The notes: generated from the letters alone by a model not told the origin. Positions 7,124 through 19,354 are shown, counted from the whole stretch's first letter. The stretch is DNA of 57,090 bases, filler included, from Candidatus Tectimicrobiota bacterium (GCA_016192455.1; 5 parts of 5 records of this genome joined end to end with filler, not necessarily neighbours in it), one strand, 5' to 3'. Program-made: numbers and translations.

Positions 7124-7918
7124 TTACCGCCCCACGAAGGTTGGCGCGCGGCGCTCGTAGAAGGCCCGCTGCGCCTCGCGGTAGTCCTCGCTGTTGAAGG
7201 AGAGGTTCAGGTAGCCTTGGGTTTCGCGCCGCTCCTCCGGGGTGAGGCTGGCGGTGGGGGTGAGCATCTCGATGATGCGCTTCATGCCGCGCAGGGAGAT
7301 GGGGGCGTTGCCGGCCATCTGGTGGGCGAACTCGTACGTGAAGGCGGCCAACTCGTCATGCGCCAGGACGTGGTTCACGAGGCCGATCTGCAGCGCCCGG
7401 GCGGCGCCGACGATGCGGCCGCCGAGGAAGATTTCCTTGACGTTGGAGACGCCGACGAGGTTCATGAACGGGATGATGCCGTGCGGGCGGTAGACGATGC
7501 CGAGCTTCGCGGGCGTCATGGCGAAACGCGCCTCGTCGGCGACGAAGCGGAAGTCGCAGTTCACCGCCATTTCGAGGGCGGCCCCAAGGGCGATGCCGTA
7601 GATCATGCAGATGACCGGGTAGCGGAACCGCCGCAGGCTGTCCGCCGCCGCGGCGATGCGGTCGAGGCGGGCGTTGATCTGCGCCTCGCTCTCCGCCTCG
7701 GGGGTGAGGTCGCCGATGTCGTAGCCGGCGGAGTAGAACTCCTCCCCCTCGCCGCGCAGCACCACGGTGCGCACCTCGTCGTCCTCTCCCAGATCGCGCA
7801 TCGCGGCAATGACGGCATCGAACATGGCCGGCGAGATGGCGTTCTTTTTCTTCGGGTTGCTGAGGGTCAAGGTGCAGACGTAGCCCTCCTTCGCCACCAA
7901 GAGACGACCTTCGCTCAT
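7124..7918 (-). CDS. Enoyl-CoA hydratase/isomerase (crotonase) family protein
   Basis: LSNPKKKNAIS, FYSAGYDI, GIALGAALEMAVNCDFR, SEDYREAQRAFYERRAPTFVGR. Confidence 0.93.
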   Translation of the reverse strand: MSEGRLLVAKEGYVCTLTLSNPKKKNAISPAMFDAVIAAMRDLGEDDEVRTVVLRGEGEEFYSAGYDIGDLTPEAESEAQINARLDRIAAAADSLRRFRYPVICMIYGIALGAALEMAVNCDFRFVADEARFAMTPAKLGIVYRPHGIIPFMNLVGVSNVKEIFLGGRIVGAARALQIGLVNHVLAHDELAAFTYEFAHQMAGNAPISLRGMKRIIEMLTPTASLTPEERRETQGYLNLSFNSEDYREAQRAFYERRAPTFVGR

Positions 7919-8120
7919 CGTTCCCCTTTCGTGGTGTGCGCGACCCTCCGCGGCTCGCCGCGCCGGCGGCTCCTCGGCGCGCCGGCAGGCGCGGCGGCCC
8001 GACCCTGCGCAGAGGGTACTACCAGCGCAACGTTCCTTCAAGCGCGGAGACCTCGCAGGGGCGCGGCTTGCCCCGCCCGCCCTGCCTCACCTTGCGCGCT
8101 CGCAGGTGTGCCGGCTCGGG

Positions 8121-8144
8121 GGGCGGTTCGCGAACCGCCCGTAC
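8121..8144. repeat. GTAG-type REP palindrome (degenerate copy)
   Basis: Core GGGCGGTTCGCGAACCGCCC. Confidence 0.8.
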
Positions 8145-8246
8145 GCCTCGTCACGCTCGCGGCTGGAGCAGCGGGCAAAGTGTGCTACACTCAGGCGCAG
8201 CGCGACGCCTGTCCCACATTCCACCCGCGCTGAAGGACGGAGGCGC

Positions 8247-9230
8247 ATGAGAGCAATCCGCATCGAGCAGTATGGAGGGCTGGAGGTCTTGCGGCTGCAG
8301 GACGTGCCGCTGCCGCGCTGTGAAGCCGGGCACGTGGTGCTGCGAGTCGAGGCGGCGGGGGTGAACTTCGCCGACACGCGGCATCGGGCCGGCAACTACC
8401 CGTGGGGCGAGCCGCCGCCGACCACGCTGGGCCTCGAGGCCTGCGGCGCGATCGAGGAGGTCGGCAAGGGAGTCAGCGGCTACAAGGCCGGCGATCGCGT
8501 CGCCGCGCTCACCAACGGCGCCTACGCGGAGTACGCCCGCGCGCCGGCGTCCATGGTCATCCCCCTGCCGGAGGGCATGGACAGCGTCACCGGAGCCGCT
8601 TTCCCCCTGCAGGCGCTCACCGCCTACCACCTGACGCACACGGCGCACGTGGTCCAGGAGCACGAGACCGTGCTGGTGCACGCCGCCGCGGGCGGGGTGG
8701 GGCTGATGCTGGTGCAGTTGGCGAAGCTGCGGGGGGCGCGCGTCATCGGCACCACGTCGTCGGAGGAGAAGGCCAAGGCCATCCGCGAGCTGGGCGGCGA
8801 CGAGGTCATCAACTATACGACCAGCCTCTTCGACGAAGAGGTGCTGCGGCTCACCCAGGGGGCCGGCGTGGACGTGGCGTATGACGCCGTCGGTCGCGCC
8901 ACCTTCGAGCGCAACTTCAACGCCCTGAAGCTGTTCGGCCATCTCGTCAGCTTTGGCGCCGCCAGCGGCATTCCCGAGCCGGTGCAGCCGCGCGTCCTGT
9001 ACGCGAAGTCCCTGAAGCTCAGCGGCTTCGTCCTTTACGCGGTGGCTCGGCTGCCCAGCGTCTGGGCGCAAGGGATGGCGCAGGTGGTGAAGCTGTGGCA
9101 GGAGGGAAAGCTGCGCGTCACGGTGCACCGCGTGCTGCCGCTCGAGGAGGCCGCCGAAGCCCACCGTCTGCTGGAGAGTCGCGGCTCAATCGGGAAAATC
9201 GTCTTGCGCGTCGGCAAGGCTGCCGCGTAG
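8247..9230 (+). CDS. qor: NADPH:quinone oxidoreductase (zeta-crystallin/MDR family)
   Basis: AAGVNFAD, LGLEACG, VHAAAGGVG, ESRGSIGKIVL. Confidence 0.93.
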   Translation: MRAIRIEQYGGLEVLRLQDVPLPRCEAGHVVLRVEAAGVNFADTRHRAGNYPWGEPPPTTLGLEACGAIEEVGKGVSGYKAGDRVAALTNGAYAEYARAPASMVIPLPEGMDSVTGAAFPLQALTAYHLTHTAHVVQEHETVLVHAAAGGVGLMLVQLAKLRGARVIGTTSSEEKAKAIRELGGDEVINYTTSLFDEEVLRLTQGAGVDVAYDAVGRATFERNFNALKLFGHLVSFGAASGIPEPVQPRVLYAKSLKLSGFVLYAVARLPSVWAQGMAQVVKLWQEGKLRVTVHRVLPLEEAAEAHRLLESRGSIGKIVLRVGKAAA

Positions 9231-9319
9231 GTGCAGCGGCGGCCGGCGCCGGCCGTGGCGCGAGACCGCGCTGGGCCGTGGGGATCCAACGATCCCCAGG
9301 GCCCCATTCCCCGCGAGCC

Positions 9320-9347
9320 GTAAGGGCGGTTCGCGAACCGCCCCTAC
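9320..9347. repeat. GTAG-type REP palindrome
   Basis: GTAAGGGCGGTTCGCGAACCGCCCCTAC, lying between convergent qor and gltD. Confidence 0.9.
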
Positions 9348-9446
9348 AATTAGGGGTGCGCGAGGGGGCATTGCTCCCTCGCAGAAAAACCTCCTTAAAA
9401 TTTGAAAGGCTATGAGCTAAGAGCTAACGAACCTACGAGCACACCC

Positions 9447-10886
9447 CTACCCCAGCACCCGCAGGGCCGTCTCCTCGTGCCGCAGGGGCGGTTCGGTCTC
9501 GCCGCCGAAGGAGCGGTGGATGCCCTTGGCGGCCTCGCGTCCGTCGAGGATGGCGGTGACGACGAGGTCGGCGCCGCGCACGTTGTCGCCGCCCGCGAAG
9601 AGCCCCGCAACGCTGCTCATGCCGTTGTGGTCTGTCTCGATGCGGCCGTCGGGGGTGAGCTCCAGCCCCAGCTCGGCGGCGAACGCCGGCGTCGAGGCTT
9701 GAAAACCAAAGGCCACGAGCACGACATCGGCGCGCTGCCGGGAATTGGAGCCGGCCCGCGGCGTTGCTTGGCGTCGCCCCTGCTCGTCCGGCTCGCCCAG
9801 CTCCATGCGCAGGTACTCGATCTCCGCCACCCTCCCCGCGGCATTGGCGTGCAAGGCCACGGGTTGGGCCAGGAAGTGGAAGTCCACCCCCTCCTCGCGG
9901 GCGTTGCGCACCTCGCGCCGGCTGCCCGGCATGTTCTCCTCGTCGCGACGGTACATGCAGGTGACCTTCTCGGCGCCCAGCCGGATGGAGGTGCGCACGC
10001 AGTCCATCGCCGTGTCGCCCCCGCCCAGCACCACGACGGCTTTCCCCTCCACCTCGCACATGGGGTGCGGCTCAGGATCAATGCTCTGCTGCCAGCGGTT
10101 CACGTAGACAAGGAAGTCGAGCCCCTTGTAGACCCCTGGAAGGTCCTTGCCGGGGCAGTCGAGGGGTCGCGGCGTGTAGGCGCCCGTTCCCAGGAAGATG
10201 GCGTCGTACTCCTGCCGCACGGCGTCGAACGGCTCGTCGCGCCCCACCTCGGTGTTGACGCGGAAGGTGATGCCGAGCTTGCGCAGCATGCTGATGCGGC
10301 GATCGACGATGTGCTTCTCGAGCTTGAAGTTGGGGATGCCGAAGGTGAGCAGGCCGCCGGGTTTCGGGGCGCGCTCGAACACCGTCACGGCGTAGCCGGC
10401 GCGCGCCAGCCAGTCGGCGCACGCCAGGCCCGCCGGGCCTGAGCCGATGATGGCCACGCGGCGTCCGTTCGGGGGCTCGGCAGGGGGCTGCGGCACGCCG
10501 CCGTGGCGCAGGGCGTACTCGGTGATGAACGACTCGACCGCGCCGATGGTCACGGAACCGAACTCATGGATGATGCAGCTCTTTTCGCAGAGGCGGTCCT
10601 GGGGGCAGATGCGGCCGCAGATTTCCGGGAAGGTGTTGGTGACTTGCGCCAGCGCCGCCGCCTCCATGAACTTTCCCTCGGCGGCAAGCTTCAGCCAGTC
10701 GCTGATGCGGTTCGAGAGGGGACACTTGAACTCGCACCAGGGCGTGCTGCATTGCTCACAGCGAGACGCCTGCTGCTTCGCCGTGCGCTCGCCGAACGGC
10801 ATGGAGATTTCACGGAAATCTCTGACCCGCTCCTCGACAGAACGCTTGCGAGGGTCCTGCCGCTGGATGTTGACGAACTCTTGCAT
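9447..10886 (-). CDS. gltD: Glutamate synthase small subunit / GltD-like NADPH oxidoreductase
   Basis: RCEQCSTPWCEFKCP, CGRICPQDRLCE, GSGPAG, GGGDTAMDC, FAGGDNVRGADLVV. Confidence 0.92.
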   Translation of the reverse strand: MQEFVNIQRQDPRKRSVEERVRDFREISMPFGERTAKQQASRCEQCSTPWCEFKCPLSNRISDWLKLAAEGKFMEAAALAQVTNTFPEICGRICPQDRLCEKSCIIHEFGSVTIGAVESFITEYALRHGGVPQPPAEPPNGRRVAIIGSGPAGLACADWLARAGYAVTVFERAPKPGGLLTFGIPNFKLEKHIVDRRISMLRKLGITFRVNTEVGRDEPFDAVRQEYDAIFLGTGAYTPRPLDCPGKDLPGVYKGLDFLVYVNRWQQSIDPEPHPMCEVEGKAVVVLGGGDTAMDCVRTSIRLGAEKVTCMYRRDEENMPGSRREVRNAREEGVDFHFLAQPVALHANAAGRVAEIEYLRMELGEPDEQGRRQATPRAGSNSRQRADVVLVAFGFQASTPAFAAELGLELTPDGRIETDHNGMSSVAGLFAGGDNVRGADLVVTAILDGREAAKGIHRSFGGETEPPLRHEETALRVLG

Positions 10887-11334
10887 CTTCGCCTCTTCGC
10901 CGCCGCGGCTGCTGGCGCGAGCGCCCGCGCGCAGGGGACGCCGCTGCTCCCCGCGCCACGAGGGGGATCACCTCGGCAGGGGGCTCGGGGTTTTGACTCT
11001 GCTGTCTCCGTATAGTACGGGAGCTGCCGGCTGCCAAGCAAATTTTGCAGCGCCCGCGCTTCGTCCGGCGTGACAGGAGGCGCTCCGGACACTCGCCTTT
11101 CCCCTGTCGACCTGCCGCAGGGAGCGCGAAGGTTAGCCCAAACGCCGCGCCGGGTGTCCTCTGGTCCACCTTGATCACCAGCTCCGCTCTTGCAGCACGG
11201 CGAGGCCCCTCCCGTCGTCGTTGAGAGGCGGGTGGCGCAAGGATCGAAGCCAATCTCCGGCTCGCACGCGGCGGCGCCGGGCACGCTCCCGCAAGGTCAT
11301 CCTGGAGGCACTCTGCACGTTGGGACGGGACTCG

Positions 11335-11808
11335 CTACGCGTGGCCCTGGAAAGAGTGCCCCTGTTTCTCGAAGTAGCGCTGGTGATACTCCTCGGCGCG
11401 GTAGAAGGTTGAGGCGGGGGTGATCTCCGTCACCAACGGCCGAGCCAAACGGCCGGCCTCCTGCAGCCTCTTCTTTGACTCCCTGGCCGCCGCCTCCTGC
11501 TCCGGCGTCTGGAAGAAGATGACGGAGCGGTACTGCGTTCCCACGTCGGGTCCCTGCCGATTGAGCTGCGTGGGGTCGTGGATGCTCCAGAAGAGGTCGA
11601 GGAGATCCTCGTAGGAGACCTGCGCCGGGTCGTACTCCACCTCGACGACCTCTGCATGCCCCGTTCTTCCCGTGCAGACATCCCGGTAGGTCGGGTTCTC
11701 GTAGTGGCCGCCGCTGTACCCGACCGCCGTCGCCGCGACGCCCCGCAGGCTCCGAAACGCCGCCTCGACGCCCCAAAAACAGCCCGCGCCAAAGATGGCC
11801 TTTTCCAT
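11335..11808 (-). CDS. msrA: Peptide-methionine (S)-S-oxide reductase
   Basis: [37 protein letters not shown]. Confidence 0.97.
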   Translation of the reverse strand: MEKAIFGAGCFWGVEAAFRSLRGVAATAVGYSGGHYENPTYRDVCTGRTGHAEVVEVEYDPAQVSYEDLLDLFWSIHDPTQLNRQGPDVGTQYRSVIFFQTPEQEAAARESKKRLQEAGRLARPLVTEITPASTFYRAEEYHQRYFEKQGHSFQGHA

Positions 11809-12203
11809 GCCGCGCGCTCCCTCTTGCCGGCAGGCGCGCCCGGTTGTCGGCCCGCGCCCTGCCCGTGGTTTGCGTCCTTCACACCCCCTCAAGCGGCTGG
11901 CGGGCGCCCGCCGCCCAGGCGCGCCAGGCGTGGCGGCGACGCCGCTCCGCCGTCACACGGTAGTATAGTCATCCGGCGCCGCCTCCCCCAGCGGCAGGCT
12001 GGCGGCGACCGACCTTGCTGACCGTCGCGGGCGGCTCGGTCAACGCGGCGCCGCCGCGACAGGCCCGCGGCCGCTGTTGCCTTCGGGCGCGTGACTTTGC
12101 TACGTTGAGAGGTTGTGGCCTTAAGGCGAGGCTACGTTCGTCTCCACGTGCGGGCCGTCGCGGCACACCGCGCATCGCTGCTGAGAGCGGGGAGGGAAAG
12201 CTC

Positions 12204-12935
12204 ATGAGTGGGTCGGCCACCTCGTCGACGTACCAGGCCCTTGTGCAGGTGCTCCAGAACCGCCGCAGCATCCGCCAGTTCCGGCCCGAACCGATCGCGG
12301 ATGAAACGATCCGCGCGCTCGTGGAAGCCGTCCGCTACACCCCTTCCGCCGGCAATGCCCAGCCGTGGGAGTTCATCGTGGTGCGCGACGAGACGACCAA
12401 GCGGCGCATCGGCGACATCTACCTCGAGCAGCTCAAGCAGAAGAACCGCCTGGAGATGCTGCGCCGTCCCGAGTGGCGCTTCTTCGGGGCCGAGCCGCCG
12501 CCGCTGCGGGCGGGGTTCGTGCAGGCGGGGGTGCTCATTGTGGTGATCGGCGACCCGCGCTTGGCCGACGCCTACCCCCTGCGAACGAAAGTCGACAAAG
12601 GGCGCCAACACTTGATCTCCAGCCTGTCGAACGTGGTCGTCACCCTGCACTACGCCGCCGCCGCCCTGGGGCTGGCCTCGCAGTACCTCAGCGATAGCGG
12701 CTCGCCGGAGATGGAGCTCTACCTGAAAGACCTCCTCGGCATACCGGAGCCCTACCGGGTGTACGAGACGGTGTGCATCGGCCATACCGATGTGAAGCCG
12801 TCAAGCCGCTACGTCAAGGCGTTTGATGAAATCGTCCACCTGGAGCGTTTCGACGCCGGCCGGTTCAAGACGGAGGAGCAGATCGAGGCGCACATCAGGG
12901 AGAAACTGCGGCCCGCGTTCAAGAAGGTCCTGTAG
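12204..12935 (+). CDS. Nitroreductase family protein
   Basis: NRRSIRQF, TPSAGNAQPWEFIVV, AAALGLAS. Confidence 0.9.
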   Translation: MSGSATSSTYQALVQVLQNRRSIRQFRPEPIADETIRALVEAVRYTPSAGNAQPWEFIVVRDETTKRRIGDIYLEQLKQKNRLEMLRRPEWRFFGAEPPPLRAGFVQAGVLIVVIGDPRLADAYPLRTKVDKGRQHLISSLSNVVVTLHYAAAALGLASQYLSDSGSPEMELYLKDLLGIPEPYRVYETVCIGHTDVKPSSRYVKAFDEIVHLERFDAGRFKTEEQIEAHIREKLRPAFKKVL

Positions 12936-13082
12936 AGAGTGGGGCAAGGGGCGGGCGGCAGGAAAGAGTCGGGGCTGGCAGGCCGCCGCGCGAGCCGGCC
13001 TGCCTACCGCAGGCAGGCCCGCCGGCGCTCCACGCCGCGAAGCGAGGAACCCGGCAGAGTGTATGATAGAGGGGGGCAGGAA

Positions 13083-13670
13083 ATGGCTGTCGTTCACGAT
13101 GTTCACTACCCGGCACTCGACGTGCCGCGCATCTCGTTCTCCGCCAACTGGTGGGTCATCATCGCCATCGGCATCCTGGTGTGGGCCGTGCACAGCCCCT
13201 CCTTCTGGTTCCTCGATTTCGTGCACATCGGCAGCGCCATCCTGTGGACCGGCACGGATATCTTCATGGGCTTCATCCTGGGGCCGATCATGCGCCGCCT
13301 CGATCCGGCCAGCCGCCGCGCCCTTTACCTGAGGCTGGTGCCGCGCATGCTCTTCTACATGCCCACGATGTCGACGCTGACGATCACCGCCGGATTCTCG
13401 CTCGCCAACCGGCTGGGTTTCTTCATGCTCCCGACGCCGCGGTTTTACTGGGTGGTGGCGGCGCTCGCCATCGTCACGATCATGACCATCCAGGGCTTCG
13501 GCATCCTGCTGCCGACGAACCTGCGCGTCTTCTTCGAGATGCGCAAGGAACGCGCGGATGTGGAGAAGGTCCAGCGCCTCATGACTTGGTACATCAAGGT
13601 GGTTGCCAGCCAGGCGGTAATGCAGGTGCTCATCATCGCCATCATGGCGCGGTTCCGCGCCGGCTTCTGA
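13083..13670 (+). CDS. Conserved integral membrane protein (about 5 TM, DUF2269-like)
   Basis: Hydrophobic helices with FVHIGSAILWTG and TITAG motifs; AGGA RBS. Confidence 0.75.
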   Translation: MAVVHDVHYPALDVPRISFSANWWVIIAIGILVWAVHSPSFWFLDFVHIGSAILWTGTDIFMGFILGPIMRRLDPASRRALYLRLVPRMLFYMPTMSTLTITAGFSLANRLGFFMLPTPRFYWVVAALAIVTIMTIQGFGILLPTNLRVFFEMRKERADVEKVQRLMTWYIKVVASQAVMQVLIIAIMARFRAGF

Positions 13671-13926
13671 GGCGGTGCGCCGGCGGCGAGGGACGGCGCG
13701 AGGCAAAGGGGCCGGGGAGAGTGCGCGGGGGAGCGCCGCGGCGGCCCGCCGTCGGCGGCGTCAGGCATGCGCCGCGCCCGGCTGGCGGGAGAGCAACCGG
13801 GAATGACGCGAGAAAAGGCCGCCGCGACTCCTGGTCCGCGGCGGCCGCTGCCTGCCTGTCGAGACAGCGGCGGGGAGCGCTGCGCTGGTCATCTCCCGCC
13901 GCGCTCGTTGCCGAGGCGGGGGTTGC

Positions 13927-14619
13927 CTACTTCGCGGCCAGCCTGCGCACGTAGGCGACGAGCGACCAAATCTGCTCGTTGCTCAGCACCCCGCTCCAGG
14001 GCGGCATGAAGCGCGATGCCTGGGTCGCCACCCCTCCCTGACTGATGACGTTGAAGATATCCTTGTCCGTGAGGTGGGACATCTTCTCCGCATCGGTGTG
14101 GTCGCGGGGGCGCGGCGAGAGCACCGCCGCCAGCGGGCCATCGCCCTTGCCCGTCACCCCATGGCAGTTGGCGCAGTAGCTCTGGTAGAGCCGTTTCCCC
14201 TCTTCGACATTCCCCTCGGCATGCTTCGGGCGGTGCAGCACCCGCAGGTAGGCAACGAGGTCCCAGCGCTCCTGCTCTTTCAGCGTTTCATCCCAGTTGG
14301 GCATGTGCACCGAGCCGCCGGCAAACCCCGCTCCTCCCTTGCTGATGGCGTTAAAGAGCTGCTCGTCGGTGCGGCTGGACATGTAGGCGTCATTCGTATG
14401 ATCGCGCGGCTTCGGGTCCAGGGTGGCCGAGGCGGGGCCGTCGCCCTTGCCCGTCACCCCATGGCAGACGAAGCAGTACGTGAGGTAGAGCTTCTTGCCG
14501 TTCGCATCGTTTCCCGGCTTCGCGTCGCCCTGTTGCGCAAGAATCACGAGGCCGGAGAGCACGACCAGGCTTGCCACGACGACAGCAGCGCTACGACGAG
14601 TTCGGACCTTCCCAATCAT
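13927..14619 (-). CDS. Periplasmic diheme cytochrome c (two tandem domains)
   Basis: Signal peptide; CFVCH and CANCH, each followed by G.TGKGDGP...PRDHT...MP.W. Confidence 0.93.
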   Translation of the reverse strand: MIGKVRTRRSAAVVVASLVVLSGLVILAQQGDAKPGNDANGKKLYLTYCFVCHGVTGKGDGPASATLDPKPRDHTNDAYMSSRTDEQLFNAISKGGAGFAGGSVHMPNWDETLKEQERWDLVAYLRVLHRPKHAEGNVEEGKRLYQSYCANCHGVTGKGDGPLAAVLSPRPRDHTDAEKMSHLTDKDIFNVISQGGVATQASRFMPPWSGVLSNEQIWSLVAYVRRLAAK

Positions 14620-14709
14620 CGCCTTTCGTACTCCTCTTGCTGATCCTGGATGGCGTCTGTTCGTTGACGATGCGAGGGTGACCCGCCGGCAGCGGCGGCA
14701 ACGTCTCTT

Positions 14710-16119
<1,410 letters not shown>

Positions 16120-16614
16120 GCTGCAGAGTTCTCCTGCGTGCTCACCCGGCGCGCCCGGCGGGAGGGCGAACAGACCCCCTCCCGGCACTCTGTTCTTCAG
16201 CGCCGTGCATGACGGTCAGGAGGGGCCGGCCTCACCCCGCCTCACCCGGCTCATCAGGAAGCCCCTTCTCCCCGCACGCCACGGTGACGAGCCGTCGGCA
16301 CACCCCGTAGAGCTTCTCAGCGCGGGCATTCTCCGCCGTGCCGCCGCTGGCACTCTACAGGGGCTGCCCTCCGGCGTCAACGCCCCCAACCCCTCTCCCC
16401 TCTCTCCCACCTGGTACAATGTGGGAGCTTTTCAAAATCCCGCAATTGCTGGAGCGCCGCGGGCGGCGCCTTGCCTGGTACTCACCGGCTGGCGTATGCT
16501 CATGCCCCTGAGCGCGCATCGTGACGTTGCTCCGACAGCGCGGCAACCCGAGGGCGCCCCTGGCGTGGGTTGGTTCCCTGAAACCCTTGGCGGCCGGTTG
16601 CGGAAGGGGGTCTG

Positions 16615-17076
16615 GTGGCTGGTATCGTCTACGCGTTGATCTCGGTCCTCTTCTGGGGCGCGAATGGCGTGCTCATCCGCCTGGGGGTGCGAGAGACCGA
16701 CCCGCTTGCCGCCACGTTCGTTTCGTTGGTGCCGGGAATCCCGATCATGGGGTTCACCAGTCTGGCGCTGGAGAACTACGGCTTCCTCCACTCGCCCCCC
16801 TGGCTGGGGCTCGGCCTGTACGCAGCGTCGGGAGTTCTCGCCTTCACCCTGGCGCGCACCGGCTTCTTCCTCAGCGTGCACGTCATCGGGGCGGCGCGCA
16901 GCTCGGTCTTTCTGGCCTCCCGCGTGGTCATTGCGCCCTTGCTCGGCATCGTCCTCCTGCACGAGGCGGTGCCGCTGCGGGTGGCGATCGGCGTCCTCAT
17001 CATGTTCGTGGGTTTCGTCGTCCTCCTGCGCGAACCCGCCCCTGACGCGGCGAGACAGCGTCCGGCCGTGAAGTAG
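16615..17076 (+). CDS. EamA/DMT transporter, single-repeat (half-size)
   Basis: About 5 TM; GIVYALISVLFWG, IGAARSS, LLHEAV. Confidence 0.85.
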   Translation: MAGIVYALISVLFWGANGVLIRLGVRETDPLAATFVSLVPGIPIMGFTSLALENYGFLHSPPWLGLGLYAASGVLAFTLARTGFFLSVHVIGAARSSVFLASRVVIAPLLGIVLLHEAVPLRVAIGVLIMFVGFVVLLREPAPDAARQRPAVK

Positions 17077-17241
17077 CGCCACGCCGCAAGCTCGACAAGG
17101 GAGCCGGGCGCGCCGGTGCAGGGAGGCGGCGCTTGCCGCGCGGGGGCCTGGCGGAGAAGCACGTGAGCATAAAGGAGCGCGGGCGTCCCGCCCGTCTTGA
17201 ACCGCACCGGCCGCATCGAGACTGAGGGGTGAGCACGTAGT

Positions 17242-17667
17242 ATGGAGCGGTACTTCTTCGCCATCGTCGCCGCGCTTGGCTACGGCATGTCGCCGGTGCT
17301 GGCGCGCTTCGGCAGCCTGCACGGTGTGCCGCCGATCGCCGGCGCCACCTGGGCGGTCATCTGCGCCACCCCCCTTCTCTACCTGGTGCTGCGCTGGCAG
17401 GGGAAACGCATCCGCTTCTCGGAATGGTCCTGGCGGGCGCGGGCCGCCGTCTTCGGCAGCTCCCTCACCACGAATCTGGGGGTCATCTTTTACTGGAAGG
17501 CCCTGGCGATCGAGCGCGTTTCCGTGGTGGTGGCCTTGAACTCGATCTACCCGCTCCTCACGGTCGTCCTCGCCTACTTTTTCCTGCGCGCTGACGAGCA
17601 GCTCAACCTGCGGCTGCTGGTGGCGGCGGCGCTGATCGTCGGCGGCGCGGTGCTGGCGGCGACCTGA
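17242..17667 (+). CDS. EamA/DMT transporter, single-repeat (half-size)
   Basis: About 5 TM; VSVVVALNSIYPLLTVVLAYFFL...E. Confidence 0.88.
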   Translation: MERYFFAIVAALGYGMSPVLARFGSLHGVPPIAGATWAVICATPLLYLVLRWQGKRIRFSEWSWRARAAVFGSSLTTNLGVIFYWKALAIERVSVVVALNSIYPLLTVVLAYFFLRADEQLNLRLLVAAALIVGGAVLAAT

Positions 17668-17769
17668 GGGGGCCGCTCGTCTTTCTCCTCGCCCGCCGCG
17701 AAAATAAGCGATTACGTAGTTGATTTCACGTGATGGTGAGGCTGACGTTCGTGCGGCCAGTCTCCTTCA

Positions 17770-17835
17770 CCTCTGCGTTCTCTGCGCCTCGGCGGTTCGA
17801 TGGAGTGCACCGCCGAGACGCAGAGGACGCGGAGG
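17770..17835. repeat. Imperfect inverted repeat (CTCTGCG..CTCTGCG family)
   Basis: CCTCTGCGTTCTCTGCGCCTCGGCGGT ... ACCGCCGAGACGCAGAGGACGCGGAGG. A related copy lies at ~42883-42950. Confidence 0.75.
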
Positions 17836-17878
17836 TACACCGATATCCGCTTCCCTCCACGGTTCCTTGCATGCCGAT

Positions 17879-17906
17879 GTAGGGGCGGTTCGCGAACCGC
17901 CCCTTG
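17879..17906. repeat. GTAG-type REP palindrome
   Basis: GTAGGGGCGGTTCGCGAACCGCCCCTTG. Confidence 0.9.
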
Positions 17907-18037
17907 TATCTTTCATTTGCCGACCGAGACGAATCGCGGGAGACTAGCGGTGGACGGGAGCCCGCCCGCCCCTTGGGTGATCGAGCCCGTACCGTAGCAC
18001 GGCGCCCCGTCCACCCGTTCCACCAAGAGCCCGAACA

Positions 18038-18137
18038 NNNNNNNNNNNNNNNNNNNNNNNNNNNNNNNNNNNNNNNNNNNNTTAATTAATTAANNNNNNN
18101 NNNNNNNNNNNNNNNNNNNNNNNNNNNNNNNNNNNNN
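18038..18137. other. Artificial contig linker
   Basis: N44-TTAATTAATTAA-N44. Confidence 0.98.
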
Positions 18138-18508
18138 GCGGCCTGAGCGGCATGCCCCCGCGTCGATCACGACCCTCCGGCGCAGCCACAGCCGCGCCCT
18201 GCTCCGCCGCCACCCCTGTCTCGGGTGCGGCCGCGAGACACGGGCGGGATGAATCTTATGACACAGTAGTACTAGGCACCGGCATCTCGGGCGGGCTGGG
18301 TGCTTTGGGCTGCTCGCGGAGCCTGCGGCATGGCGCCGGGTCGGCCGGCGGCCCGGGGGGAGAAGAGAGTGCTTCGTGCCACGGTTCCTCCCTCCCTGTT
18401 TCGCGGTGATCTCCGCTGTGCGCCTGGAAAGCTCCAGCGCTGCCGGTCGTTGAGCTGGGCGGCCGGCCCCTCGTCGCCTCCCACCTGTTTCTCCTCGGGC
18501 TGACCTCC

Positions 18509-19354
18509 ATGCGCTGCCCATCCTGCCACTCCACGGACGTCCCGCCCGGCGAGGTGTGCCCCGCCTGCGGGTCGCGGCAGGGAGGTCCTCCCACCACCTT
18601 CGCTCCGCCTGCAAAGCCGGCCATGCTCGAGACCTTCGGACGGGCGGCGGGGTTCCTCCTCCTGCACCTCGGCACGTTGGCGCCGATCATCCTGACGTTG
18701 ACCGTGCCCGTGGAACTGGTGCGCTCCTACCTGATGCTGCAGACCGAGCTGCTGCGAACGCCGGGCCTGAACCTGCTCATCCAGTACGGTACCGAGCTGC
18801 CCTTCCATGCCCTCGTCGAGCCGGCCTTCTTCATGGCGGTCTTCGCCTTGCCGACGGGGCGCCGCCTCACGGTCCTCGACGCCTACGGTGAAGCCCTGCG
18901 CTGGTGGCCGCGCATGTTCGGGGTGTACGTGAAGCTCTGGGTGCTCACCATGCTGGGCTTCCTGCTCTTTGTCATCCCGGCGATCTGGATCATGGTGGTG
19001 TTCGCCTTCGCCGATCTCGCCGCCCTCCTCGATCCGGAGCGGCAGCTCAACCCCTTCAGCACCAGCAACCGCCTCGTCGCGGGGTTCCAGCTCCGCATCC
19101 TGGGCGTGGTGCTCCTGCAGCTCGCCGCCAGCGTGCTCTTCGACCAGATCCTGAGCCTCAACCCCGCGCTCCTTCAGGTGTGGTGGGCGCGCGCCCTTGC
19201 TGGGAGCGCCTTCGCCGTCGTCGTCCGCTGGTTCTCGATCGTGCTGGTGATCTTTTACGTGCGTGCCCGCCTGGCCCACGGCGAGCGGGTGCCGAGCTTC
19301 GAGGAGCTCTTCCCCCGCCTGGCTGAACGGTACCCCGGTGTTGCCGAGCGGTAG
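18509..19354 (+). CDS. Zinc-ribbon domain membrane protein
   Basis: N-terminal CPSC...CPACG followed by about 6 TM helices. Confidence 0.8.
   Translation: MRCPSCHSTDVPPGEVCPACGSRQGGPPTTFAPPAKPAMLETFGRAAGFLLLHLGTLAPIILTLTVPVELVRSYLMLQTELLRTPGLNLLIQYGTELPFHALVEPAFFMAVFALPTGRRLTVLDAYGEALRWWPRMFGVYVKLWVLTMLGFLLFVIPAIWIMVVFAFADLAALLDPERQLNPFSTSNRLVAGFQLRILGVVLLQLAASVLFDQILSLNPALLQVWWARALAGSAFAVVVRWFSIVLVIFYVRARLAHGERVPSFEELFPRLAERYPGVAER

Noticed and set aside
11335-11808. Selenocysteine form of MsrA
   Set aside because: The active site is GCFWG with Cys, and there is no in-frame TGA.
18245-18330. FAD-binding-like peptide DESYDTVVLGTGISGGLGAL
   Set aside because: Only ~25 codons with no start or continuation; at most a tiny gene relic.
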